Positions 51,972-61,749 of a DNA stretch of 64,000 nucleotides are shown one piece after another. Made by a program: the position numbers and the translations under genes. The notes beneath the pieces are model-generated. The model had not been told where the DNA came from and searched no databases. It saw nothing but the letters and a program-made list of their open reading frames with translations. The stretch spans positions 160,001 to 224,000 of the forward strand of contig JBIJDH010000003.1 in assembly GCA_044344255.1 (NCBI GenBank), given 5' to 3'. The DNA is from Myxococcota bacterium. GTDB taxonomy: Bacteria; Myxococcota_A; UBA796; UBA2385. Every line of letters starts with the position of its first letter. Position 1 is the first letter of the stretch.

Positions 51972-53024
51972 TCATCCGGCGAGGTGGCGGAGGATTCCGC
52001 GCATCAGCCCGGGGATCAGGGCCGCGCCCGGCACGATCAGGCCGCGGAGTCGCGGGCTGCGGGCGAGGGCGAGCAGGCCCCCCGTCATCCACCGGTAGCT
52101 GCGGGTGAGGCGCCACCAGTCGGCCTCGTAGCGCTCTGGGTCTCCGGCGTGGATCGCGGCGAGGGCGGCCCCGGCGGTGTCGAGGCCGAGGCGGATCCCC
52201 TCGCCGGTGATGGGGTCGAGGTAGCCGGCGGCGTCGCCCACGAGCAGCACGCGCCCCACCACGCGCTTGCGCAGCCGACGTTCGAAGGGGCCGGCCCCGC
52301 GGAGGGTGCTGGTGGGGTCGCGGAGGCGCTCTCGTAGCGCGGGGAGGCGCGTCAGCAGGTGATCGTAGCGGGCCTGGCCGGCGAGTCCGGCCCCCTCGCC
52401 GGCCTCGGTGAGCAGGGCGAGGCCGATCTCGGTCGGGGAGACCGGCGTGACGTAGGCCTCCACCCCGGGCGCCCACCACACCTCGACGAAGGGGGACCAG
52501 GGGGCCACGCCGAAGTGACGTCGCAGGCCGATGCGCGCCGCGCTCTGGCTCGGGAGCTCGAGGCCCAAGCGGCGACGGGTGGGGGAGGCGAGGCCGTCGG
52601 CGACGATGAGCCAGCGGGCGCGCAGCCCAGCGGCGCGCACCGCCTCGGCCCCCTGCTCGATGTCGGTGACCCTCCCCTCTATGAGCTCCACCCCGACGGC
52701 GAGGGCGCGTGATCGGAGCCGCTCGTGCAACACGAGGCGTCGGAGCCCGAGCCCCGCCTCGCCGCCGGGGAAGACGGCCTCCGCCGCCCAGCGGCCCTCG
52801 AGGTAGCGCACGCCCACGAAGGGCTGCCCGGCGGTGATCGAGACCCCGAGGGCCTCCAGCGACCGGAGGGCGGGGGGCATCAGGCCCTCGCCGCAGGCCT
52901 TGTCGAGCACGCCCGGACGGGGCTCGACCACCGCCACCCGCATCCCCCGCAGCGCGCCGCCGATCGCCGCCGCGAGGCCGGCGGGGCCGCCCCCGGCGAC
53001 GAGCAGGTCGAAGTCGGGGGCCAC
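51972..53024 (-). CDS. FAD-dependent oxidoreductase/monooxygenase (SrsC/FtpE-like)
   Basis: GGGPAG, DKACGEGLMP, ADG, VGDAAGYLDPITGEG. Confidence 0.85.
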   Translation of the reverse strand: MAPDFDLLVAGGGPAGLAAAIGGALRGMRVAVVEPRPGVLDKACGEGLMPPALRSLEALGVSITAGQPFVGVRYLEGRWAAEAVFPGGEAGLGLRRLVLHERLRSRALAVGVELIEGRVTDIEQGAEAVRAAGLRARWLIVADGLASPTRRRLGLELPSQSAARIGLRRHFGVAPWSPFVEVWWAPGVEAYVTPVSPTEIGLALLTEAGEGAGLAGQARYDHLLTRLPALRERLRDPTSTLRGAGPFERRLRKRVVGRVLLVGDAAGYLDPITGEGIRLGLDTAGAALAAIHAGDPERYEADWWRLTRSYRWMTGGLLALARSPRLRGLIVPGAALIPGLMRGILRHLAG

Positions 53025-54755
53025 TCAGGCCCTCCGCAGATAGCCGAGCGCGCTCTTCGCCAGCGTGCCGGCGAGGGTCCAGGCGTTGACGGCGTCGCCG
53101 GGCTGCAGCTCCCCCCGCTCCCAGCGCCGCAGGGCCTCACCGCGCCGGATCTTGCCCGACGAGGTGCGAGGCAGGCTGCCCGGCTCGAGGACCACCACCA
53201 GGGCGGGATCGAGGCCGGTGGCGCGGAGCACCTCGGCGCGGCAGTCCTGCGCGAGGCCCTCGCGCGGCGCGCGGGCCTCTACGAAGACGAGGAGCTGCTC
53301 TCCAGCCTCGCCCCGTTGACCGACGGCGGCGGCGCAGCCGGTGCGAACACCCGCGACCGCGTCGAGCGCCCGCTCGATGTCTTGGGGGGCGTGGTTCTGG
53401 CCGCGCAGCACGATGACGTCCTTGGCGCGGCCGGTGACGGTGAGCGCGCCCTGGTCGAGGAAGCCGAGGTCACCGGTGTCCAGCCAGCCGTCGAGGATGG
53501 GCTGCAGGTCGCGGCCGATGTAGCCCCGCATGAGGGAGGGGCCGGAGACGAAGATCCGCCCCACCCGCTCGTCCTCCAGGGGTCGGCCCGAGCCGTCCCG
53601 CACCTCGACGGCGTAGCCGGGGAGCGCGCGCCCGACGCTGACGAGCTCCGTGGCGGCCTCGCCGTCGGCGTCCACGGCGTGCCCTTGGGCGAGGGCCTCA
53701 CGGTCCAGGCGGCGGCTCTGCCATCGTGTCCCTGGCGTGGAGAAGGTGGCGGCGAGGGCCACCTCGGAGAGGCCGTAGACCGGCAGCAGCGCTCGCTCGT
53801 CGAAGCCGTAAGCGGCGAAGCGGGCGGCGAAGGCGCGGAGCGTGCGGGCCGAGATGGGCTCGGCGCCATCGAGGGCGAGCCGCCAGGCTCGGAGGTCCAC
53901 CCCCACGAGCTCGGCGTCGGTGATCCGCTCGACACACAGCGCGTACGCGAAGTCGGGGGCCACGGTGGCGGTGCCCTGGTACCGCGAGAGGGCGCGGATC
54001 CAGAGGGCCGGGCGGGCCAGGAAGACCTCGGGGGGGATGAGGGTGAGCGGGCCCGGTCGGTGCAACGCCGGGAACAGGCAGCCGATCAGCCCCATGTCGT
54101 GGTAGAGCGGCAGCCAGCTCACGCCGGCGTGCCGAGGCTCGTCCTCCTCAGGCATGAGGTCGAGGATGCGGAGCAAGTTCGCCAGGATCTGGGCGTGGGT
54201 GAGGCCGACCGGCTTGGGGTCGACCGTGGTGCCGGAGGAGAATTGGATGAGGGCGAGCTCGTCGGGCTCGGCCGGGTGGGCCGGACCCGGCGCGCCGCGG
54301 GCGAGGTCCTCGGCGGAGATCACCCCCAGGCGGAGGTGATGGCGGCCTACGACCGAGCCGAAGACCTTGCGGACGCGGCTGTCCACGACCACCGCGGGGG
54401 CGTCGACTGCGGCCAACATGGCGGCGGTCTTCTCGATGTACTCGGCCATCCGACCGAGGCGGACCGGCGGATAGAGGGGGACCGGGGTGGCTCCGGCGAG
54501 GAGCGATCCGAAGAAGGCGTCCATGAAGAGGGGGGAGGTGGGGGTGACGATCGCGACCCGATCCCCGGCCCGGATCCCCCGCTCGCGGAGGGTGCCGGCG
54601 GCGGCGAGGGCCCGGCGCTCGATCTCCGACCAGTCAAACCACTGGGCCTGCTCTTGGGAGTCGAGGAAGCGGAGGCCATCCAGCCCGGGGCGACCCACCT
54701 GCGCCGCCCGGCGGAGGCAGGCCTGGAGGGTCTTCGGATCAGCCGCGAGCGGCAC
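53025..54755 (-). CDS. Fatty acyl-AMP ligase (FtpD-like)
   Basis: QFSSGTTVDPK, SWLPLYHDMGLIG, GAEPI, YGLSE, TGDLG, RTSSGK. Confidence 0.9.
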   Translation of the reverse strand: MPLAADPKTLQACLRRAAQVGRPGLDGLRFLDSQEQAQWFDWSEIERRALAAAGTLRERGIRAGDRVAIVTPTSPLFMDAFFGSLLAGATPVPLYPPVRLGRMAEYIEKTAAMLAAVDAPAVVVDSRVRKVFGSVVGRHHLRLGVISAEDLARGAPGPAHPAEPDELALIQFSSGTTVDPKPVGLTHAQILANLLRILDLMPEEDEPRHAGVSWLPLYHDMGLIGCLFPALHRPGPLTLIPPEVFLARPALWIRALSRYQGTATVAPDFAYALCVERITDAELVGVDLRAWRLALDGAEPISARTLRAFAARFAAYGFDERALLPVYGLSEVALAATFSTPGTRWQSRRLDREALAQGHAVDADGEAATELVSVGRALPGYAVEVRDGSGRPLEDERVGRIFVSGPSLMRGYIGRDLQPILDGWLDTGDLGFLDQGALTVTGRAKDVIVLRGQNHAPQDIERALDAVAGVRTGCAAAVGQRGEAGEQLLVFVEARAPREGLAQDCRAEVLRATGLDPALVVVLEPGSLPRTSSGKIRRGEALRRWERGELQPGDAVNAWTLAGTLAKSALGYLRRA

Positions 54756-55011
54756 GGCTGTGCTCCTGGACGATGGTGATCAGATCGGCGAGGGTGCGCG
54801 CTCGCTCGTCATCTTCGGGGCTGAAGCAGACCCGGAACCGATCCTCGATCGCCACCACGAGGCCCATCCGCTGAATGGAGTCCAGCCGCGCGGCGAGCTC
54901 GTCGTCCTCGGGGGGGGCGGCGAGGCCGAGCTGGGCGCTGACGATCCGGCGCACCTCGTCGGCGATATCGTCGTCCGAGAGCGGCGAGGAGGGGGGCAGG
55001 GGCTCGGTCAT
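54739..55011 (-). CDS. Acyl carrier protein
   Basis: LDSIQRMGLVVAIEDRF; acidic 90 aa; lies between the methyltransferase and the FAAL. Confidence 0.85.
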   Translation of the reverse strand: MTEPLPPSSPLSDDDIADEVRRIVSAQLGLAAPPEDDELAARLDSIQRMGLVVAIEDRFRVCFSPEDDERARTLADLITIVQEHSRAARG

Positions 55012-55586
55012 GGTCTGGCCTGAGTGGGGGTCGGTGCGGCGCGAGGCGGGGCGGGCAGCGTCGCCAGGGCCTCGTCCTCACAGCGGATGCGGGCGCGGAG
55101 CAGGAGCGCGTTCAACGTCGAGAAGGCCAGAGCGGTCAGCCAGGCCCCGTGCAGCAGCGGCAGGGCCAGTCCTTCTACGACGACCGCGATGTAATTCGGG
55201 TGTGTGAACCATCGGTATGGTCCGGTGGTCACCGGCGCGAGCCCCGGGACGATGATGACGCGGGTGTTCCAGCGGGGCCCAAGGCTGGTGATGCACCACC
55301 AGCGGAGCGCCTGAGCGAGGACCGCGATGAGCAGCATGCTCCCCGCGAGGAGGGGGCTCGTGTGCCGGTCGAGCAGCCAGACCTCCACCGGCGCGCCGAG
55401 GAGCAGGGCCGTGTGCAGCAGCACCATCACCGGGTAGTGGCCGCGGCCGTGCTCCACCCCTCCGCGCGCGAAGCTCCAGGCCGCGTTCCTCCGCGCGAAG
55501 ACGAGCTCCAGGAGGCGCTCCGCGGCGATCAGCGCCAGGAAGCCAAGGTAGAGCGGGAGGGAGGAGGCGGGCTCGGTGAGGGACAC
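55008..55586 (-). CDS. Isoprenylcysteine carboxyl methyltransferase family (SrsB/BpsB-like)
   Basis: ERLLEL, GHYPVMVLLH, SLGPRWNTR, GPYRWFTHPNY, RIRCED. Confidence 0.9.
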   Translation of the reverse strand: MSLTEPASSLPLYLGFLALIAAERLLELVFARRNAAWSFARGGVEHGRGHYPVMVLLHTALLLGAPVEVWLLDRHTSPLLAGSMLLIAVLAQALRWWCITSLGPRWNTRVIIVPGLAPVTTGPYRWFTHPNYIAVVVEGLALPLLHGAWLTALAFSTLNALLLRARIRCEDEALATLPAPPRAAPTPTQARP

Positions 55587-55590
55587 GGCT

Positions 55591-56643
55591 CTACCAGCGC
55601 AGCAGGACGAGCTCGGAGCAGAAGCCCGGCCCCATCGCCAGCATCAGCCCGTAGGAGCCGGAGGGTGGCCTCCGCTCGATGAGGGTGTCACGCAGCACGT
55701 GGAGGACCGAGGCGCTGCTCAGGTTGCCGACGGCCTCTAGGGAGCGCCAGGTGAGGGCCAGGGCGTCCGGGGGGAGGCGGAGGCAGCGCTCGAAGGCCTC
55801 CAGCACCTTGGGGCCGCCCGGGTGACAGACCCAGGAGGCGATGTCGGCGCGGCTCAGGCCCTGTCGGGCGAGGAAGCCGTCGACGTCGGAGACGACGTGG
55901 CGGTCGACCATGTCGGGCACCTCGGCGGAGAGCACGATGCGGAAGCCGCCCTCGCCGACATCCCAGCCCATGACTCGCTCGGTGTCGGGGTAGAAGCGGC
56001 TCTCCGTCGCGATCACCTCCGGGCCGGGGTGGGGGCCGGCGCTCGGCCGCCCGGAGGCGACGACGGCGGCGGCGCCGTCTCCGAAGAGGCCGCTGGCGAT
56101 GAGGTTGGGGATGCTGAGGTCGGCCCGCTGCAGGGTGAGCGAGCAGAGCTCTACCGAGAGCAGCACCGCGACATGGTCGGGCCAGCCGCGGAGGTAGTCG
56201 GCCAACCGCGAGATGCCCGCGGCCCCCGCCACGCAGCCGAGCCCAAACATCGGCACGCGCTTGATGTTGTCGCGCAGGCCGAGGCGGTTGCAGAGGCGGG
56301 CGTCGATGGAGGGAGCGGCGACGCCGGTGACGGTGGTGAAGTAGATCGCGTCCAGGTCGCGAGGGCGCAGCCCCGCCTCTTCGAGGGCCCGAGAGACGGC
56401 CTCGGCGCCGATGTCGGTGCCCACGCGGATGAACGCGTCATTGGCCGCCCCGAAATTCAGGCTCGGGTAGTCTTCCATCGGGAGGGCGAGGTTGCGGCCG
56501 CCCACCCGCACCGCGCGGTGCAATTGTTCGACTCTCCGCGAATTGTGGTGGACCTTCGACCAGTTTTCGAGGAAGGCGGCGATGAGCGCGTCTTGTTCGT
56601 ACCGGTGAGGTGCGGGAGCGGTCGCGACGGCGTGGATGAACAT
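55591..56643 (-). CDS. Type III polyketide synthase (alkylresorcinol/alkylpyrone type)
   Basis: Catalytic triad in GLGCVAG, HPGGPK, GNLSSAS; LFGDGAAA; MGPGF. Confidence 0.93.
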   Translation of the reverse strand: MFIHAVATAPAPHRYEQDALIAAFLENWSKVHHNSRRVEQLHRAVRVGGRNLALPMEDYPSLNFGAANDAFIRVGTDIGAEAVSRALEEAGLRPRDLDAIYFTTVTGVAAPSIDARLCNRLGLRDNIKRVPMFGLGCVAGAAGISRLADYLRGWPDHVAVLLSVELCSLTLQRADLSIPNLIASGLFGDGAAAVVASGRPSAGPHPGPEVIATESRFYPDTERVMGWDVGEGGFRIVLSAEVPDMVDRHVVSDVDGFLARQGLSRADIASWVCHPGGPKVLEAFERCLRLPPDALALTWRSLEAVGNLSSASVLHVLRDTLIERRPPSGSYGLMLAMGPGFCSELVLLRW

Positions 56644-56673
56644 CGCGGCACCCTATCCCGGCCGACCGGTCGG

Positions 56674-58656
56674 TCAGGGCTCGGCCAGCCAGAGCGCCTC
56701 GGTCACCGCCCAAGCCGGCTCGGGCTGGAGCGGGGGCCGGCTGTCATCCCCCCAGCAGATCGCGAGGACCCAGGGGACATCCGGTAGCGTCACCGCAGCG
56801 TCGAGGCGCAGCCCCGCGCGGTCCTCCAGGTCCCAGCTCGCGAGGGTGGCCCCTCCCGGACCGATGAGCGCGGCGTGACGGACCGACATCCAGGCGGGGG
56901 CCTCGACCGACAGGCGGGCGCGGCGACGGGCGCCGAGGCTGGCGGGAGCGCCCCAGGGGGAGGGGTCCCAGCGCAGCTCGAGGAGGGGCCCGTTCGTCGC
57001 CACCCGCCGACCGGCGAGCAGGCCGCCCAGCACGTCCACGAGGGGGGCGGTCTCGTCGTCAACGCCGAGGAGCCAGGTGCGAGGCCCAAAGAGGGCGAGC
57101 GGGGTCCATCGGTCGAGGAGGGCGACATAGTGTGTCAGGTCGCTGAGGCCCCCGAGCTCGATCGCGAAGGGGAGGGGATCCCAGCCGAGCGGGTCTCCCG
57201 CGGCCTCGAGCCAGGCGGGGTCCGCCACCGTGAGCCGGCGCCCCTGGTCTTCGAGGGCGGCGAGGAGGTCGGCGGCGTCGAGGCCGGCCCACTCGGTGGC
57301 GCCGTGCGCTGGAGCGCGGGAGGACCAGCCGTAGGGCCAGGCGTACGGGCTGCCCACGGGAGACATTGCCCGCGAGCCAGTGTCGAGGGTGATCCAGGGC
57401 GCGGTGCGGGCCGCGACGCTGTCGAGCGCGACCTCGTCCTGGGCGACGAGGACCGCGTAGCGGAGCCCATCGGCGGCGAGGCGATCCGCGAGGAGGGAGG
57501 GGGCGCGGCGCTCGTCGACCCCGGGCCAGGCGGCGACGTGGGTGTCGATCAAGGTGGCGGGGCGGGTGGCGCGCCGCAGCACCGCCTCCACGCGGGTGTC
57601 CCCCTCGACCCGCAGCTCGGCGAAGGTGGCGGCCTCCCAGGCGGGCCCCGCTGTCACCCGCACGGTCTCGACGCCTGCGCCCACCGGCACGACTCCGCCG
57701 CCCGCCCCAAGCGCGGTGGCCGTGTCTCCCCACCAGAGGGTCACCGGTATTTCGGTGCCGTGGTCCGTGACCGCGTGAAGGTAGATGGCGCCAGCCTCTC
57801 CGACGTTCACCGACATATCGGTGCCGATCGTCACCGACGGGCCGGTGGCGTAGCCGCTGGCGGAGGCCCGCAGCGCGACCGCCTCGGGGGGGAGCCGCCC
57901 CGCGAAGGCACCGTCCTCCACCCGCAGGCGGGCCAGGGTCACCCCGGCGCGGTCGAGGGCGGACAGCCACTCTCCGTCCGAGCTGCCGGCGACCTCGACG
58001 CCGTCGGGCCACAGCGCGGCGTAGACCTCGGCCCGCTCGCCCACGACGAGGCGAGTGGGCCCCGACCACTCCACCCAGCCGCCGAGATCGGTGACCGCGC
58101 CGTCGGTGGTGTAGAGCAGCGGCGCGGAGGGCTCCGTGCGAGCCTCCACCGCGGGGCCCACCAACCCCGAGCCCGCGCCGGGGCTGAAGGAGAGCGTGTC
58201 GGCGCCCTCGATGCGCAAGGTGGGCTCATCCGCCGAGAGCGCGTACCGCAGCTCGAAGGGGTCGCCGCCCGCGAGGGTCCCGCGGAGGTCGAGGCCCGCC
58301 TCGGCGCCGCTCGACCACGGCTCGATGTCCAGCCGCTCTGCCCACACGCCCCCGATGAGGGGCACGGCCTCGAGCATGGCGTCGGCCACCCCGGGGGGCG
58401 CGGCGTCCACGATCGTGCCGCCGGCGACGCCGAGCCGCGTGAGGGCGTTGGGCGCGTCCCGGACGACGAAGCGAGCGACCGCGTTCTCGATGACCCAGTC
58501 GCCGGAGCGACCCTCTCCGTAGGGCTGAAGCTCGTCCTTGCAGGGCACCTGCCGCGCCCGGACCTGCCCGGCCGAGAGGAGGCGCGGATCGCAGTCCTCC
58601 ACCTCCGTCAGCGGGCCCCATTCGGTGCACGCGAGCAGCAGCCCGAGCAGGATCAC
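56674..58656 (-). CDS. Large hypothetical lipoprotein (possibly degenerate PHP/CehA-like architecture)
   Basis: LLLAC lipobox; IDTHV, ATNGPLLEL, LSVEAPAWMSV, WAVTEALW resemble the CehA/McbA-like C-terminus; GTGA overlap with the upstream gene. Confidence 0.55.
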   Translation of the reverse strand: MILLGLLLACTEWGPLTEVEDCDPRLLSAGQVRARQVPCKDELQPYGEGRSGDWVIENAVARFVVRDAPNALTRLGVAGGTIVDAAPPGVADAMLEAVPLIGGVWAERLDIEPWSSGAEAGLDLRGTLAGGDPFELRYALSADEPTLRIEGADTLSFSPGAGSGLVGPAVEARTEPSAPLLYTTDGAVTDLGGWVEWSGPTRLVVGERAEVYAALWPDGVEVAGSSDGEWLSALDRAGVTLARLRVEDGAFAGRLPPEAVALRASASGYATGPSVTIGTDMSVNVGEAGAIYLHAVTDHGTEIPVTLWWGDTATALGAGGGVVPVGAGVETVRVTAGPAWEAATFAELRVEGDTRVEAVLRRATRPATLIDTHVAAWPGVDERRAPSLLADRLAADGLRYAVLVAQDEVALDSVAARTAPWITLDTGSRAMSPVGSPYAWPYGWSSRAPAHGATEWAGLDAADLLAALEDQGRRLTVADPAWLEAAGDPLGWDPLPFAIELGGLSDLTHYVALLDRWTPLALFGPRTWLLGVDDETAPLVDVLGGLLAGRRVATNGPLLELRWDPSPWGAPASLGARRRARLSVEAPAWMSVRHAALIGPGGATLASWDLEDRAGLRLDAAVTLPDVPWVLAICWGDDSRPPLQPEPAWAVTEALWLAEP

Positions 58657-59489
58657 TTCTCGCTGCCGCCCTCGTCGCCCTCGCCCTTCTTGTCTCCGGG
58701 GCCCTGCTCGTCGGCCTTCTTGTCGTCACCGGCGAGGCGGATCTCGACCACCTCGAGCTTGGCCTGCTTGGACCACTCCGCCGGCATGTCGCCCGTGGTC
58801 CACTCCCAACGCCGGACCTCCCCCGGGCCGATCGGCTTGTCGAAGCCTGGGGCCATCGGCATGTTGCCGGGCAGCTTCTTCGAGACCACCGGGTAGTCGT
58901 CCCGATCGATCTCCTTGCCGTCGAGGTTGAGGTAGCGGACCCGCATGATCATGCGCTCGATCGGCGCGGTGCCCTTGTTGGTCACGTCGGCGTAGAAGCC
59001 CCAGCCGTCGAGGGGGCCGTCCACCTGCTCGGCGAGGTTGACCTGCTTCAGCTCGAGCGGCCCGACCTCGAAGTTGGCCTTGTTCTGCGCCACCTTGAGG
59101 CGCTTCGGCGCGGCCTTCTTGTGCGAGCCGCTGCACTTCTTGTAGGCGTCACAGGCCTTGATGTACTCCTGCCAGATCTCGACGGTGTCGGTGTTCTCCG
59201 CCGTGAGGTAGAAGGCGAGCATCCGGCCCTCTTCGGCCTCCTTCAAGAGCTGCCCCTGGGGAAATCGCGCCATGTAGGCGTCCCAGTCCTCGAGCGAGCC
59301 GCTCGTGTTGGCGCGGTCGATGAAGAGCTGCTCGAGCCGGGTGTTGGCGGCTGCGACGAAGGAGGAGTTGGGGTTCTCCTTGAGGAAGGAGTCGTAGGCG
59401 TCGATGGTGTCGAGCTTCCGGGCCTCCTCGTAGGGGTTCGTGCACGCGAGGGCCAAGAAGGGGATCAGGACCATGAGGAGGCGGCGCAT
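58653..59489 (-). CDS. Lipoprotein with helical repeats and C-terminal FxLYD-like domain
   Basis: LALAC; three repeats like TIDAYDSFLKENPNS; ADVTNKG..VRYLNLDG..IGPGE; GAGG SD. Confidence 0.65.
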   Translation of the reverse strand: MRRLLMVLIPFLALACTNPYEEARKLDTIDAYDSFLKENPNSSFVAAANTRLEQLFIDRANTSGSLEDWDAYMARFPQGQLLKEAEEGRMLAFYLTAENTDTVEIWQEYIKACDAYKKCSGSHKKAAPKRLKVAQNKANFEVGPLELKQVNLAEQVDGPLDGWGFYADVTNKGTAPIERMIMRVRYLNLDGKEIDRDDYPVVSKKLPGNMPMAPGFDKPIGPGEVRRWEWTTGDMPAEWSKQAKLEVVEIRLAGDDKKADEQGPGDKKGEGDEGGSEK

Positions 59490-59534
59490 GGGTTCCTCGG
59501 CGGGGGGCGAGAGGGGCGGAGGGCCGGCGCGGTC

Positions 59535-61688
59535 TCAGGGGGAGATCGCACCCGCAGGAGACGAACTGTAAAAGAAGAGGGGCACGAAGGCCACGAGCAC
59601 CAGCGCGGTAGCCATCACGGAGCACGGGAGGAGCACGTGTTCGTGCCGCTCCCAGAAGGTGCCCTTGGCGTTGGCCAACAGGCTGTCGACCTCGTCGGCC
59701 CCGACGACCTGGCGCGTCAGGAGCTGGTTCAAGGCCACCGGCGGGGTGAGGTAGCCGAGCTCGAAAGCGACCAGCACCGTCATCCAGAAGTGCCCGGGCT
59801 GGATGCCATTGCTGTAGGCGACCTTCGAGATGGTGGCAGCGACGAGGATCACCGCGCCGTACGGATCCATCAGCATGCCGATGACGATGAGGACCACGAC
59901 CAGCAGCCCCATCGCGAGGAAGGGGGAGCCGAGGTCGGTGGGCACGTAGCTCATCACCTCGGCCCGCTCGAAGGCGCCGCCGAATGCGAGGCTCATCGCC
60001 ATGAGCAGGATGAGGGCGCCGATGTGACCGGTGGTCTCACCGGTCGCGTCGGTGACCGGACCGGGCCCCGGCGCGGCGGGGGCCCGTAGGCGCTCCAGGA
60101 GCAGGAAGGAGAGCATGACGAGGGGGAGGACGGTGGGAGCGGTGTGTTCGTCCAGCTTCGCGTCGAGCACCAACCAGCAGAGGCCGAGCACCCCGATCGT
60201 GACGCCCACGTAGGGAAGGAGGGCGCGCAGACGGGCGAGGCTCTCAGGCAGGGCCTCGCGGACCGGGGCCACCCGAAGCCCCCCCTTGCGGGTGAGGAAG
60301 AGCGCGAGGGCGAAGAGGCCGGAGGTGAGGGCGAACACGAGGCGCCCGTTGCCGTAGAGCTCGTCGGTGGTGACGGGGTTCAGGGCGGCCACGATCACGA
60401 CGAGCAAGCAGGGGCGCAGCACGACGCCGAGGCTCCCTGACATCGCGGTGGCCGCGAGGGCGAGCGTCGGTCGAGCGCCGGCGGCCCGGAGCTCCTTGAA
60501 GATGAGCCCACCGACCGCGATGACGAAGATGCCGGAGGCGCCGCTGTAGGCGGTGGGCCATGAGGCGAGGGTGACGGTCACCGCGGCGAGGACCTCCGGC
60601 GGCATCTTCCAGGGACGCAGCACGTCGAAGGCCATGTGCGCGGTGCGGGTCTGCTTGAGGAGCATCCCCGTCCAGACGTAGAGCCCCACGAAGACGTAGA
60701 GCTGCGCGTGCTCGGTGAGCTTTTGAAGGTAGACCGCGAGCCCGGCCGGGTAGCGCTCGAGGGCCAAGAACCAGACGGAAGACAGGAGCGCCATCGTGAC
60801 GTAGAGCGGTACGGCGAGGGCGCCGCGGAGCAGCGTCCCCCCTCCAGACCCTGGGCTGGCCTGAACCGGCTGCAGGAGGTTCTTTATGTTGAAGAGGGCC
60901 ATCAGCCCGAAGGCGAGCGCCCAGCCGATCGAGAGGTAGGGGTCTTGGATCTCGGCGCCCGACGAGGCCTCGGCCTCGTGCAACGCCCACCCGGAGGCCG
61001 CGACGAGGAGGTTGCCGATGAGCTGCACGCCCTGGGTGAGCCGGTCCTCCAGCGGACTCCGCGCCGAGCCGAGGGCGATGTGGCCTCGGGTGGCCGTCGC
61101 CGTGGCGCCGCAGAGGGCCACCAGCAGCACGAGCAGCGACGAGTAGATGGAGTCGCCCCAGTCTTTGAAGGCCGAGAGGCCGCGGTCCAGCTGAATGAAG
61201 GCCCGCTGCTCGCTCGACAGCGGGACCGGCGGGGGCGCGGCCGCGACGGGTGCCGTAGGCGCGGCCTCGACGGGGGCGTTCGGGTCGACGCCTGCGTCCA
61301 TCAGCAGGCCGTCCACCAGCGGATCGCCGGTCCCGGCGGCGGGCGCCTCGACCCCAGCGTCGGCGAGCAAGCCTGCCACCAGGGGGTCTTCTTCGGCGGC
61401 GGAGGCCGTGGGTGCGCCCGACGCGCCTGTGCCCGCCTCGTCGGTCCCCTCCGACCCCGCAGCGCGCGCCGCGGTCTCCCCCTCTGGATCCTGGCGCCGT
61501 AGCTCGGCGGCGTAGCCGGGCCACAGCTGCTCTCCGAGCTGAATGAGGCGGCCGGAGGCCTGGCTGGCCGTCCAATGCACCACCGAGCCGCCGAGGACGA
61601 CGAGCACCGGGAGGGTGGAGAGCGCGGTCCGGAGGGGGCCGCGCGATGTGACCTCAGCGCTCACGCTGACTCCTTGGGAGTGATGCAC
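59535..61688 (-). CDS. TRAP transporter large permease (DctM-like) with N-terminal extension
   Basis: Many TMs; PTAYSGASGIFVIA, MSGSLGVVLRPC, GMLMDPYGA, ELGYLTPPVALN. Confidence 0.85.
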   Translation of the reverse strand: MHHSQGVSVSAEVTSRGPLRTALSTLPVLVVLGGSVVHWTASQASGRLIQLGEQLWPGYAAELRRQDPEGETAARAAGSEGTDEAGTGASGAPTASAAEEDPLVAGLLADAGVEAPAAGTGDPLVDGLLMDAGVDPNAPVEAAPTAPVAAAPPPVPLSSEQRAFIQLDRGLSAFKDWGDSIYSSLLVLLVALCGATATATRGHIALGSARSPLEDRLTQGVQLIGNLLVAASGWALHEAEASSGAEIQDPYLSIGWALAFGLMALFNIKNLLQPVQASPGSGGGTLLRGALAVPLYVTMALLSSVWFLALERYPAGLAVYLQKLTEHAQLYVFVGLYVWTGMLLKQTRTAHMAFDVLRPWKMPPEVLAAVTVTLASWPTAYSGASGIFVIAVGGLIFKELRAAGARPTLALAATAMSGSLGVVLRPCLLVVIVAALNPVTTDELYGNGRLVFALTSGLFALALFLTRKGGLRVAPVREALPESLARLRALLPYVGVTIGVLGLCWLVLDAKLDEHTAPTVLPLVMLSFLLLERLRAPAAPGPGPVTDATGETTGHIGALILLMAMSLAFGGAFERAEVMSYVPTDLGSPFLAMGLLVVVLIVIGMLMDPYGAVILVAATISKVAYSNGIQPGHFWMTVLVAFELGYLTPPVALNQLLTRQVVGADEVDSLLANAKGTFWERHEHVLLPCSVMATALVLVAFVPLFFYSSSPAGAISP

Positions 61689-61749
61689 CGTCGAGGAGGC
61701 GGAGGGGGTTCACCGCGCTCGAGAGCCCGGCAGTCTACTTCTCGTCGGA

